64,000 bases of DNA from an uncultured Clostridia bacterium (lineage in GTDB: Bacteria > Bacillota > Clostridia > TANB77 > UBA1234), in assembly GCA_944393265.1 (NCBI GenBank), contig CALXZO010000002.1:5264-69263 (forward strand), in the 5' to 3' direction. The notes under the pieces are model-generated. The model saw only the letters and a program-made list of their open reading frames with translations, had not been told where the DNA came from and made no database searches. Below are positions 1 through 9,535 of the stretch, in pieces. The position numbers and the translations under genes were made by a program. The first letter of the stretch is position 1. Each line of letters begins with the position of its first letter.

Positions 1-183
1 TTCATAGTTTTTAGATTCTTTGTTCCCCTTCTTAAAACAGCTGGTATAAGTGCATTAGCTGTCACATCCTCTTTATTTAAATCAGTCAATAAAAAAGCTG
101 CAACTATATTTGACTTAAATCTCTTAGTATCTAAAATGTGTACAAATATTTTGTCATTTAATTTAATTATTTTTTCATCCATG
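1..183 (-). CDS. 5' part of a gene running out of the window (MDEKIIKLNDKIFVHILDTKRFKSNIVAAFLLTDLNKEDVTANALIPAVLRRGTK...); possibly an inactive M16/insulinase-like peptidase N-terminus
   Basis: ATG at about 183 is preceded by AAGGAGGAATATC (rc of 181-200). The ORF continues beyond position 1. It is not in the ORF track because fewer than 62 codons lie in the window. The ..LIPAVLRRGT.. motif resembles M16-family proteins lacking HxxEH. Confidence 0.3.
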
Positions 184-338
184 ATATTCCTCCTTATCTT
201 AGTTAGTATATCTTATGGAAGAGTATTTATTCAAGTATATAAACTAAAAAATGTTTAGCTATATGGATGTAGTTTCAACTTGAGGCAAAAAAAAGACAAG
301 AGAATCAGCTCTCTTGTCTAAATTTTTATTAATATACA

Positions 339-1100
339 CTACGGTGTTGTTGTGTCCAAATAGTTTACTGTCTCGATACCTACAGGTGATACTGCTCCTG
401 GTCCATCTGTATAGAATACTGTTGCTGTATCAACAGTTACGTCTGTAGCGGAATCTTCTGGGGTTGTATCTGCCGTAGCCATAGTAACCTTAACTCCTCC
501 AATATCGAATGATCCTGTAGCACTGTATACCTCTGCAGAATCTGTAGCATCTGATACTAGATATGGCGTTCCGTCAGTTTTCAATAAACGTATTTCATCT
601 GTTACATAAAAATTATCTTGATATGTGTATGGTGGCCATACAAATATTGTTCCTGTGTTTGTAACAAAATATGAAACAGGGATATTTGTACCCTTATCTG
701 TATTTACAGTTATTTCATCAAGTTCTATTCCTAATGTTTTTTCGCCTGATTCATTAATATGCGTGCAAGCAATTGTACTCGCTGTACCTCTTGGAAGCCA
801 AGCCGCTGCTCTTTCAGCACTATCAGCATCTCTATCAAGAGTATCTGCACCTTTAGCTACGAAATTATATACTTGAGCTTCTGTTACAACATTTCTGTTG
901 GCACTTTCATTACCTTGAACAGTTGTAGCTGCTGTTGCGAATGCTGTTTTTACATTATCCATTGCTGTTGTAAATTGTGTAAATGTTGCATTTTCAATAG
1001 TGTCACCTGATGAACTAAATGCAACTGCTGCTAGTATGATTACAACGATGATTGTAATTACTAGTGAAATTAGTGATACACCACTTTGATTTCTTTTCAT
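339..1100 (-). CDS. Type IV pilin-like protein (candidate major pilin, 253 aa) with class-III signal peptide MKRNQSG|VSLISLVITIIVVIILAAV
   Basis: Charged leader, then Gly, then a 20-residue hydrophobic helix. A strong RBS (AAAGGAGGA) precedes it. It is the last gene of the T4P operon, downstream of pilC and pilB. The mature N-terminus has Ser, not Glu, at +5. Confidence 0.65.
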   Translation of the reverse strand: MKRNQSGVSLISLVITIIVVIILAAVAFSSSGDTIENATFTQFTTAMDNVKTAFATAATTVQGNESANRNVVTEAQVYNFVAKGADTLDRDADSAERAAAWLPRGTASTIACTHINESGEKTLGIELDEITVNTDKGTNIPVSYFVTNTGTIFVWPPYTYQDNFYVTDEIRLLKTDGTPYLVSDATDSAEVYSATGSFDIGGVKVTMATADTTPEDSATDVTVDTATVFYTDGPGAVSPVGIETVNYLDTTTP

Positions 1101-1385
1101 AATAAAAATCCTCCTTTATTTTTTGCTTTGTCTAGAGCTATTTAAATTGCCCTAGCTTGCCGTCTTTCAGAGCAATTCCTCCAGACTCGGCATAAATGAT
1201 TTAAACTAGAATGTATATTGATACTCGCACTATATCAATACACATTCTTAAATCTCTTTACAACTTAGAGTATAATAAAACGTTTTAAAGAATGCAATAG
1301 GTTTTATCATTAAATTATTATTACAAGACTATTACATGTTTGTAACATTTTATGCTACTTTTTCTTTTAATTTTCCACACTTTCT

Positions 1386-2738
1386 CTACATTCCATTTGC
1401 CTCGAATAAGAATGAACCCATGTATACTTCCATGATAGGTGTTAATACTAGTATAACGAATGCAATCATTACTATACCCATTATAAGCATACTTACTTCT
1501 GGCAATACCTTCATTACTCTTTCTATTGTTATATTTATATCATCTTGTATAAATTCTACTATCTTATCAACCATTTCAACAATGTCTGTTTCCATACCTA
1601 TTCTAAGCATTTCAAGCACCATAGGTGGCATATTAGGAAGCCTTTCAAACGGTTCTACCCACGATTCACCTTGTTGCAAATTATCTTGCGCCGACTCTAT
1701 AATCGACAGTATAACATAGTTTTTTACAGTTCCCTTACTTACTTCCATAGCGTCCTGCAGCTTTGAATTATTTGCCAAGTTTAGCTGCATGGCTTTAAAG
1801 AACTTTTGCAGTGATAATCTAAGTATAAGTCCACCAAATATCGGCATTTTTATCTTGAACATATCCCACAAATACTGTCCAGATATTGTCTTTTTCCACA
1901 GGATAAACGCTGTTACAATCGCGGCTATTACTGCAGCGACAATATACCAGTGAGCCATCATCCACTTAATAAATCTAGATGCTGCCATAGTAGCTTCTGG
2001 TATCTGGTCTGTAAGTCCCATGCCTCCATATAAATCTTCAAGCATCGGCACACCTACCAATATACCAACAACGGTACCAATCAACATACCAACGGCTTGA
2101 AGAAGCGGACCAACTAGCGCTTTTCTCAAGGCTTTTGTCGTCTTTTCGGTATCTTGTAAATAATTCATTGCCTGAAAAAGCGAATTTGTTAACGAACCAG
2201 AAAGCTCACCAACCTTAATAGTTGCGACATATATATCTGGAAACACCTTATTATAATACTCAAGTGTTGTGTATATGTATTCACCAGATTCAACACCGTT
2301 TAGTATATCCTCTATAATATCTCTCATGGCTGGATTTTCAGTATTCTCTAAAAGTGTCGTAAATGCTCTAACATTTGTAAAGTTTGCTCTTTTTAAAAGA
2401 TATAAGCTTTGCGTGAAAGCAAATAAATCTTTTTTAGTTACTCTTTTTAAGAAAGATAAATCAATCTTAATTTCTTTTTGCAATCCTTTTTTTTGCCTTT
2501 TCCTCTGCTCTTCAATTAATTTTTCTCTCGTATATTTCGTAACTGCGGAAGAAACAACCTTATTCTTTTTTGTTTTCCTTGTAGACAAGGTACTTAGAAC
2601 TTTACTTTTTTCAACTGATATCGGTTTTAGTCCATTTCCTTGAAGCCTTTCCAAAACCTTTTGTCTAGACTCATCATCTATGACACCAGTAACAACTTTA
2701 CCAACTGAAGAAACAGCCCTATATCTAAACTTAGGCAT
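1386..2738 (-). CDS. pilC: Type IV pilus / type II secretion platform protein PilC/GspF family
   Basis: 450-aa polytopic membrane protein with two GspF-type repeats and a Lys-rich insert. It lies next to pilB. Confidence 0.8.
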   Translation of the reverse strand: MPKFRYRAVSSVGKVVTGVIDDESRQKVLERLQGNGLKPISVEKSKVLSTLSTRKTKKNKVVSSAVTKYTREKLIEEQRKRQKKGLQKEIKIDLSFLKRVTKKDLFAFTQSLYLLKRANFTNVRAFTTLLENTENPAMRDIIEDILNGVESGEYIYTTLEYYNKVFPDIYVATIKVGELSGSLTNSLFQAMNYLQDTEKTTKALRKALVGPLLQAVGMLIGTVVGILVGVPMLEDLYGGMGLTDQIPEATMAASRFIKWMMAHWYIVAAVIAAIVTAFILWKKTISGQYLWDMFKIKMPIFGGLILRLSLQKFFKAMQLNLANNSKLQDAMEVSKGTVKNYVILSIIESAQDNLQQGESWVEPFERLPNMPPMVLEMLRIGMETDIVEMVDKIVEFIQDDINITIERVMKVLPEVSMLIMGIVMIAFVILVLTPIMEVYMGSFLFEANGM

Positions 2739-2757
2739 CTTCGTCTCCTTTCACTCA

Positions 2758-4411
2758 TCAGTATGCTAACTTTCTCTTTACCTCTCCTAATGTTGTATGT
2801 CCTTCTATTACTTTATTAAATGCATCTACAATTAAAGGCCTATATCCTGTAGCAAAAGCAGCTTTTCTTATTTCAGTAATAGAGCCTTCAGATATTATTA
2901 AATCTTTTATATCATCATCTACAGAAAGAATTTCATTAGCCGCAATTCTTCCCTTGAATCCCGTATTATTACATTTTTCACATCCAACAGGTTCGTATGT
3001 ATGTGCTCCATCTAAATTAAATGTAGCATCATACCTCTTACCTATTCTTTCAAACTCGGCTTTTTCTTTATCTGTAAATTCACGTTCTTTACAACAATCT
3101 TTACATATTCTTCTAACAAGTCTTTGCGCAATAGATGTAGCCAAAACACTTCCTACATCATAGCTTGATATTCCTAATTTTCTAAACCTTGTTATAACCT
3201 CTATACAGTCTACGGTGTGTATTGTTGATAACACAAAGTGTCCTGTTTGGCCTGCCTGTACTGCTATTTCTGCTGTTTCTTTATCTCTTATTTCTCCGAA
3301 GTAGAATGATATCAGGGTCTTGTCTCAAAATTGTTCTAAGAGAATCTGCAAATGAAACTCTCTTATTTACTTCTACTTGGTTTAATCCTGGAATTCTTAT
3401 TTCAACTGGGTCCTCAACAGTTGTTATATTTATTTCTGGTTTATTAAGCAATGCAAGCGCACTATAAAGCGTCGTTGTTTTTCCTTCACCAGTAGGGGCT
3501 GCTATGACGGCAATACAGTTTCTCTTGTTAAAACATTTCTCCATTACAACTTCTTCCTCTGGATAACCTAAATCATGCAAACCAGCAACTGTTGATTCTT
3601 TCTTCATAAGTCTTAGAACAAACTTTTCTCCACAAACATTCATCTGCGAAGATACACGAATGTTATAATCAGGATATGCTAAGATTCTACCATCCTGAGA
3701 AAGCTGAACTTCTTGATGCATATTTGAAATTGATTTCAATCTTCCTATAATTTGTGGTTGCTTAGATTTTTCAATATTAGCAATAACTATTAAGTCACCG
3801 TCAATTCTATATCTAACACGAACTTTATCCTCCATAGGTTCTATATGAATATCACTGGCTCTTTTCGCCATACCAGACCTTATAATATTATCAACTAACT
3901 GTGATATGTCTTTACCATAAGAATCAAAATTCTTCTCGTCCTCTATCTTGCTTTCTATGTTTTTTACTATTGTATTTATGTATGATTCAAATGTAACAAA
4001 TGGTTCCATCGATAAGCCCTTGCTAAGCAAAATAAGACGTATCATTTTTTGCAACTCTTTATCAGTAGGATCTGCAAATGCTACTTTTATTCTGTTTTCA
4101 TTCAATTCAAATGGCAAAACTTTGTGTTGCTTAACTATATCCATAGAAAGATATTTTGTAAAACTAAACGAAAAAGCATTTGGATCTATTACAGCTGGCT
4201 TAACACCAATTACTTCCGATATTGTATTAAGTAATGCTTGATCATCGCACAATTGTAATATATGAAAAACCTCTCCTAATTTTACATTTTTATGATTGTA
4301 TTGATATTCAATAGCCTTATCAACATCCGACTCTTTTATTAGCCCTTTCCTAATTAGACTAACTCCAAGAGGCGCTTTTTTGGCCGAATTATTATTATCA
4401 AAAATTGCCAT
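2758..4411 (-). pseudogene. pilB: Type IV pilus assembly ATPase PilB/GspE, interrupted by a single-base frameshift near 3296-3301 (ORFs 3281..4411 and 2758..3234)
   Basis: The N-terminal ORF carries Walker A APTGEGKTTT and ends ...RQDPDIILLRRNKR*. The -1 frame at the same spot reads [20 protein letters not shown], then [10 protein letters not shown]... and the C-terminal tetracysteine CKDCC...CEKCNNTG. Deleting one C in ctt-c-gga restores the canonical DPDIILLGEIRD. Confidence 0.85.
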
Positions 4412-4583
4412 TTGTTTTCCTCCTTATCTGTAATTTGCTAACTTGTTCTTTCGTTCCTACCATAAATGCCATTATCACTATATACTTACTTATTATTTTA
4501 TAATATTTGATTAATAAGTCAATAACAAACAATTAAGTTCAAATATTTACTAATAATGACATTTTCAGTAAATATATAAAAAG

Positions 4584-4784
4584 TTATTTTAATGAATCAG
4601 CAATATCATACATCCTACTTACATCTTTAGAATATGCTTCTTGAATTTCTTCTACTTCCGATTCTTGCCTTAAGAAGATACTTACGCTTCTTCCATACAA
4701 AGCAATAGAATAGATTGCAAATACTAACATTACCATAACAGCAGTCATTGTTACCGACCCTCTATTTTTCCACATATACTTCAC
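4584..4784 (-). CDS. Small pilin-like protein (66 aa), N-terminus MWKNRG|SVTMTAVMVMLVF
   Basis: Class-III signal-peptide-like N-terminus (basic, Gly, hydrophobic stretch). Located inside the pilus operon. Confidence 0.4.
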   Translation of the reverse strand: MKYMWKNRGSVTMTAVMVMLVFAIYSIALYGRSVSIFLRQESEVEEIQEAYSKDVSRMYDIADSLK

Positions 4785-4793
4785 TTCCTATTT

Positions 4794-5285
4794 TTATATT
4801 CCTCTACCTACTTTTATAAATTGCTCTGTTCCAAATAAGTTTCCATTTTGCTCATAATACAAATCTAATATTACCCACGCATTTTTCTTTTCTTGATTTA
4901 TATCATCATACGAGTAATCATATTCAAACTTTATGGTAGCCATTTCATCAGTTATTAAAACATTATTTCTATATAATTCATAAACATAAAATGTTTGTTC
5001 TGTGTCACTTTTTTCATTAGCTCTATAGTTTATATTATATTCAACACCGTTATCTAGTTTTAAGTAACTGTCTGAATATTCTAAAACTCTACTAGCAGCC
5101 TTTATATCTGATATTATAAATGCTTGTGCCTTCAGCATTTCATTTGTTTTTTCGCTTCTTGTAGACAATGTAGCAATTTGAGAAATAACGTTTTGATTTA
5201 AAAACGTCAAAGCTACAAAAATTACTGCGGAAACGACTATATATATACTAAGAGATGTAATTGTAACACCCTTATTACTTTTCAT
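4794..5285 (-). CDS. Pilin-like protein (163 aa), N-terminus MKSNKG|VTITSLSIYIVVSAVIFVAL
   Basis: Prepilin-like N-terminus without Glu+5. Located inside the pilus operon. Confidence 0.45.
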   Translation of the reverse strand: MKSNKGVTITSLSIYIVVSAVIFVALTFLNQNVISQIATLSTRSEKTNEMLKAQAFIISDIKAASRVLEYSDSYLKLDNGVEYNINYRANEKSDTEQTFYVYELYRNNVLITDEMATIKFEYDYSYDDINQEKKNAWVILDLYYEQNGNLFGTEQFIKVGRGI

Positions 5286-5333
5286 AGTAATTCTCCCTCC
5301 TATATATTTACTGCCTCTTGCTATATTTAAAAA

Positions 5334-5786
5334 TTATTTTTCTATCTTTAATGTTTGTAATTGTATCTCTTTTTTACTAGCAGGCTCGTTACTCTTGGTA
5401 TAAAATTCAACTGTTGCTGTGAGAAGTTTAACAGATGAATCTTCATACGTTCTTCCATTTTTAGGAGGCAACGTTTCTAGTGTTGTCGTGACCATCATAT
5501 TATTTGTAGGTATATTTGTAACAGTTACTCTCCTTTCTACAGTGTCTTCAGTTACAACTGTGAGTGCAGGATCATCGACTATGTTTATTACGGCATCACC
5601 TAATAATAACTCACGCTCTATTGCTTTAACTGCATATGATAATGCAATACTTTTTTGTTCAGCAAGTCTATAATTTTGATGTGTAGCATCTATAATTGTA
5701 ACACTAAATATCATAAATATCGTAATGATGATAAGTCCTATTCCAATTTCTAGAAGAGAATATCCTCTCTGGGATCTTAGATTCAT
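5334..5786 (-). CDS. Minor pilin / pseudopilin with canonical prepilin motif MNLRSQRG|YSLLEIGIGLIII
   Basis: G|YSLLE with Glu+5 followed by a hydrophobic helix, the classical prepilin N-methylation motif. Located inside the pilus operon. Confidence 0.7.
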   Translation of the reverse strand: MNLRSQRGYSLLEIGIGLIIITIFMIFSVTIIDATHQNYRLAEQKSIALSYAVKAIERELLLGDAVINIVDDPALTVVTEDTVERRVTVTNIPTNNMMVTTTLETLPPKNGRTYEDSSVKLLTATVEFYTKSNEPASKKEIQLQTLKIEK

Positions 5787-5823
5787 TTTTAAAATCCTCC
5801 TTAGTTTTTATTACTATTATAAG

Positions 5824-6633
5824 CTATGCAAGCAATAACTCAAATACACTTGAATTAATTACTTCTGATATAGGCTCCAGATAAGAAATGCCTATTATAA
5901 CAATTGCACTAGATATGCTAAGATAAAAGCCAAATGGCGCTTCTTTTTGTTTTTTTAAAATCATTACAAGAGCTACCATAAATAACGCAATTATAATTGA
6001 AAGAACTTGTAATCCAAATCCAAAGAAAAAACCTATCACTGCAATATATAAAATATCGCCAAATCCTACTGGTAACTCATTTTCTTTCAAAATATTTTTA
6101 AGCAAAGCATTTACTGTTAGCATTATAATTGAAATTAGAATTCCTCCAATAATATTATCTAAAAAATCTTCACCACGTACTGCGTGAAAAATAACATAGA
6201 CAATTGAAACAATAAAGCCATACAATAAAGTTCCTTGATGAATTATCTTTTGCTCTTTATCGATGCCACCAATTATAAATAGCATAACCACAAACAAGTA
6301 AATTAAAAACAAGTTAATAAATTCATATATTGTACTGGAATAATTTATCTTTAGAGCAAATGCAATTAATAAAAACACAAGTCCAGAAAAAATTTCTAAT
6401 AAAATATACCTACTTCTAATTTTTTCTTTGCAATATCTACATCTACCTCGTAAAAAAATATAACTAAATACAGGAATCAAATCAATTAGTTCTAATTTAT
6501 GATTGCAAGAAGTGCAGTGAGATCTCACATGTGTTATATCTTCTCTTCTTGGCAATCTATAAACTGCAAGTGAAAAAAAGCTTCCAAAAACAGTTCCCGC
6601 TATAAATATCATTATGTATAAAAAAACATTCAT
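5824..6633 (-). CDS. pilD: Prepilin peptidase (A24 family, PilD-like)
   Basis: Polytopic membrane protein with an N-terminal Zn tetracysteine motif (HCTSCNHKL...GRCRYCKEKI) and a PilD-like profile. Located inside the pilus operon. Confidence 0.8.
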   Translation of the reverse strand: MNVFLYIMIFIAGTVFGSFFSLAVYRLPRREDITHVRSHCTSCNHKLELIDLIPVFSYIFLRGRCRYCKEKIRSRYILLEIFSGLVFLLIAFALKINYSSTIYEFINLFLIYLFVVMLFIIGGIDKEQKIIHQGTLLYGFIVSIVYVIFHAVRGEDFLDNIIGGILISIIMLTVNALLKNILKENELPVGFGDILYIAVIGFFFGFGLQVLSIIIALFMVALVMILKKQKEAPFGFYLSISSAIVIIGISYLEPISEVINSSVFELLLA

Positions 6634-6774
6634 ATATCTAACACTTCCAACCTTTACTTATTATTAGTTAAGCACTTTACATCACTATTTTGAAATTTCA
6701 CTCCACCATAAGTTTATTAATTAAGGGATATACATTAGCAGCATATCCCTTGGTAATTTTAAACAATCTTTATT

Positions 6775-7152
6775 CTAAGTTCCAGAAGAATTATCTGATT
6801 CTGTACTTGCGATATCACCACTATTTTGGGAAATTACATCAAACGGCAAATCTGTTGTGCTTGTATCTCCTACAAACGGGTTGATGCTTCCTGGAACATA
6901 CCTTACTTCTGTTTGAGATTGATCTAATTCATTCATTGATGCTTCATAAATCTCAGTTTCATTTTGTGCATCTTGAATATCTCCAATAACAGGATATTTG
7001 CTTTTATCAATCGTCTCATACTTTGCAACTAATGGCACATCAACATCTAGCGGTACTTTATCTTTAAACACAAACAAAACACCACCAACAACTATTACTA
7101 TAATAAGCAATACAATTCCTACTTCTTTTAAAACACTTAGAAAATTTTTCAT
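6775..7152 (-). CDS. Small single-pass membrane protein of the pilus operon (125 aa, acidic C-terminus)
   Basis: MKNFLSVLKEVGIVLLIIVIVVGGVLFVF TM segment. Position inside the operon. Confidence 0.4.
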   Translation of the reverse strand: MKNFLSVLKEVGIVLLIIVIVVGGVLFVFKDKVPLDVDVPLVAKYETIDKSKYPVIGDIQDAQNETEIYEASMNELDQSQTEVRYVPGSINPFVGDTSTTDLPFDVISQNSGDIASTESDNSSGT

Positions 7153-7180
7153 TAAATATTTACTCCTTTATAAACTATAT

Positions 7181-7768
7181 TTATTCAGTAGGTGACGTTA
7201 CTATCATTACATCCTCTACTGTAAAATTAGCTTTAACTTGTCCTGCACTAGAGCCTTCAATAATAATCTCATCTATATTAAATTGAAGTTCTGGATCATT
7301 TTCCAAATCATATATAAAGTTTATAACAGAAACATATGTGCCATTTATATCAAAATCCACACTCATACTAACATCGTCGATCGACATTTTCCACTTAACA
7401 TCGTTATCTGAGGCGTATTCTCCAATCTTTATCCATAAATAATCTAATAGATATTTTTCCTCTTTATTAGCCTCAGCAATGTCCTCTTCAGATGCAGTCG
7501 CCGCAAGCAAATCATACTCTTGTTTCCTCGTTTCATAATTTTTCATTTCTGTTTTTACACCTTCTGTTGCATTTGCTATTTCAACATTATTCAAAGAATT
7601 TAATTTTGTCAAATTAGCATCTAAAGTTTCTCTGCTTTTAGTAACCTCTGCATAGCTTGGAATATCAATTTTTATTGTTCCGATAGAATACTCAAATCCC
7701 TGCATTATAACATACCATGAAGCATATCCAAAAAGCCCTATTAACAGTATATACAAAAAATTTTTCAT
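7181..7768 (-). CDS. PilO-like pilus assembly protein (TM plus coiled coil plus C-terminal domain)
   Basis: MKNFLYILLIGLFGYASWYVIM TM segment followed by a coiled-coil segment. Placed immediately after PilM/N. Confidence 0.45.
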   Translation of the reverse strand: MKNFLYILLIGLFGYASWYVIMQGFEYSIGTIKIDIPSYAEVTKSRETLDANLTKLNSLNNVEIANATEGVKTEMKNYETRKQEYDLLAATASEEDIAEANKEEKYLLDYLWIKIGEYASDNDVKWKMSIDDVSMSVDFDINGTYVSVINFIYDLENDPELQFNIDEIIIEGSSAGQVKANFTVEDVMIVTSPTE

Positions 7769-9513
7769 TATGGCAAAACCCCACTTATTAATATTTTAAT
7801 ATTACCACTCATATCAACAACTTCCATGTTAACGTCTAATAATATTTTTTCTAATTTTATTCTAGACACTAAGTATCCTAATTGTGCATGTTGACCAGAC
7901 TCTGCTTTTATTAGCACATTTCCTGTTTCGCTTACATCTATCGATGTAACAACTACATTTGCCGGCATTATAAACATCACTTTGCTTAAGAAATTAGGTA
8001 TATCAAAACCACGAGAAGTTTGCTCATTTATTTTTGTAATAATTGCTTTTAGCTTATTTGTTATTTCAATGTATTCTTCTGCTTGTCCTCTTAAAAACGT
8101 TGCATCTTGATTTGCCGCTGAAACATTAGCGTTAACAAGCGAAATTTGTTTTAATGTATCCGTGTTTTTCTTGTCTATCTGATTTGCGCTGTACACCGCA
8201 ACAACTGAATAAAGCGCTAAAACCATTCCTAACATAATTGCTAATCTACGTAGCCATCCAGCAAGAGCATCAAAATTACGCGTCTTTTTCTCGTCACTTT
8301 CATCATCATTAGCTATTGAAGCAATATCTGCACTTCCCTCTACGAAGTCTATCTTTACTTTTCCTCTTTTTTTCTTTCCTTTAGAAGCGAATGCTGGTAA
8401 CTTTGCTTTAAGTTCATTAAACTTTTCTGTAACCACTTTCTTGGCTTTATCAAGTTTAATTTTCTTTGCAAAATCTTTTAATGATTTCGTTCCTAACACT
8501 TTCTTTGCAGCCACAGAAAACTCATATTCTGGTGACGCCATTCCAATTCCGTCTAGCGCAAGTGCAAGTGCACTATTTACTTCGATTATTTCTTTTATTT
8601 TCGGATTATCCTTTCTAATGAAGAAAGGAATTAAGACTTCGCATGTTGGTTTAGCAAAAATCTGTTGAAAATATAAATCAACGTTATTAATTATAGCTGC
8701 CGTTCCGGTTATATAAACTTTTTTAATAATTTTATTATATGGTTCAACTATAGCTTCAACTCTTTGTCTTATATCATACAACACAGGAATAATTACATCT
8801 AAAATCTCTCTAGCCTCTCCGTCTTGATTTTCAATATCATCTGCATATACCGAAACGCTTTTACATGCTTCATACGCTTTAGCTGTTGAATTGTATTTTA
8901 TAGCAAGCTGATTTATAATTTCCTCAGCCCCAAGTTCAAAAGACTCAAGATGTTGGATTTCATTTTTTGTAAATAATGTTATCGTTGTTTTATCTTCAAT
9001 GTTTATTACTATTGACTCTTCATCAATTGCTTCATTTGCAAATAAATTCTTTATACTTACTGGAAGTGGCTCTATTGAAGCAATCTTAAATTCTGAAAAA
9101 TTTTGATTAATATTAGCCAACTCAGCCTTCGATGTAGAAACGCACAGTGCCAAATTCTTGTCAAGTACTCCTATATTTTGTGCAAGCTTAAATCGCATCT
9201 CCATAATAGATGTTGGGATTCCTTCTTTTGTATTCTTCTCACTATACTCCGCAAGTATTAATTCCATCATATCCTTTTTCTTTAAGTTACTAAAAACTTG
9301 CGTCATATAATATTCCTCGTTAGACAGCGCAACCGAAATCGGCCCATTTCGCATATCCACTTCTTCTGCAATTTCAGCGACTGTTGCTTGCACATTGTCA
9401 TAGAACTTTACTCCATGCGCATCTAAAGTAATCCCCGCCGTTGCTTTATCGGATGTGACTTTTGCATATTTTATAATATTCTTATCAATGTATATTCCCA
9501 AACAACTAGGCAT
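7768..9513 (-). CDS. PilM (actin-like ATPase) - PilN fusion protein
   Basis: N-terminal ~340 aa PilM-like (starts MPSCLGIYIDKNIIKYAKV), a Lys-rich linker, a TM segment LAGWLRRLAIMLGMVLALYSVVAVY, then a PilN-like C-terminus. Confidence 0.65.
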   Translation of the reverse strand: MPSCLGIYIDKNIIKYAKVTSDKATAGITLDAHGVKFYDNVQATVAEIAEEVDMRNGPISVALSNEEYYMTQVFSNLKKKDMMELILAEYSEKNTKEGIPTSIMEMRFKLAQNIGVLDKNLALCVSTSKAELANINQNFSEFKIASIEPLPVSIKNLFANEAIDEESIVINIEDKTTITLFTKNEIQHLESFELGAEEIINQLAIKYNSTAKAYEACKSVSVYADDIENQDGEAREILDVIIPVLYDIRQRVEAIVEPYNKIIKKVYITGTAAIINNVDLYFQQIFAKPTCEVLIPFFIRKDNPKIKEIIEVNSALALALDGIGMASPEYEFSVAAKKVLGTKSLKDFAKKIKLDKAKKVVTEKFNELKAKLPAFASKGKKKRGKVKIDFVEGSADIASIANDDESDEKKTRNFDALAGWLRRLAIMLGMVLALYSVVAVYSANQIDKKNTDTLKQISLVNANVSAANQDATFLRGQAEEYIEITNKLKAIITKINEQTSRGFDIPNFLSKVMFIMPANVVVTSIDVSETGNVLIKAESGQHAQLGYLVSRIKLEKILLDVNMEVVDMSGNIKILISGVLP

Positions 9514-9535
9514 GTCTTCTACTCCTTTTTTAGTT

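Noticed and set aside
1101-1385. Possible sigma-54 promoter (TGG-N7-TTGCT) upstream of the major pilin gene
   Set aside because: The spacing between the GG and GC elements is 7-8 nt, not 10, so it does not fit the -24/-12 consensus.
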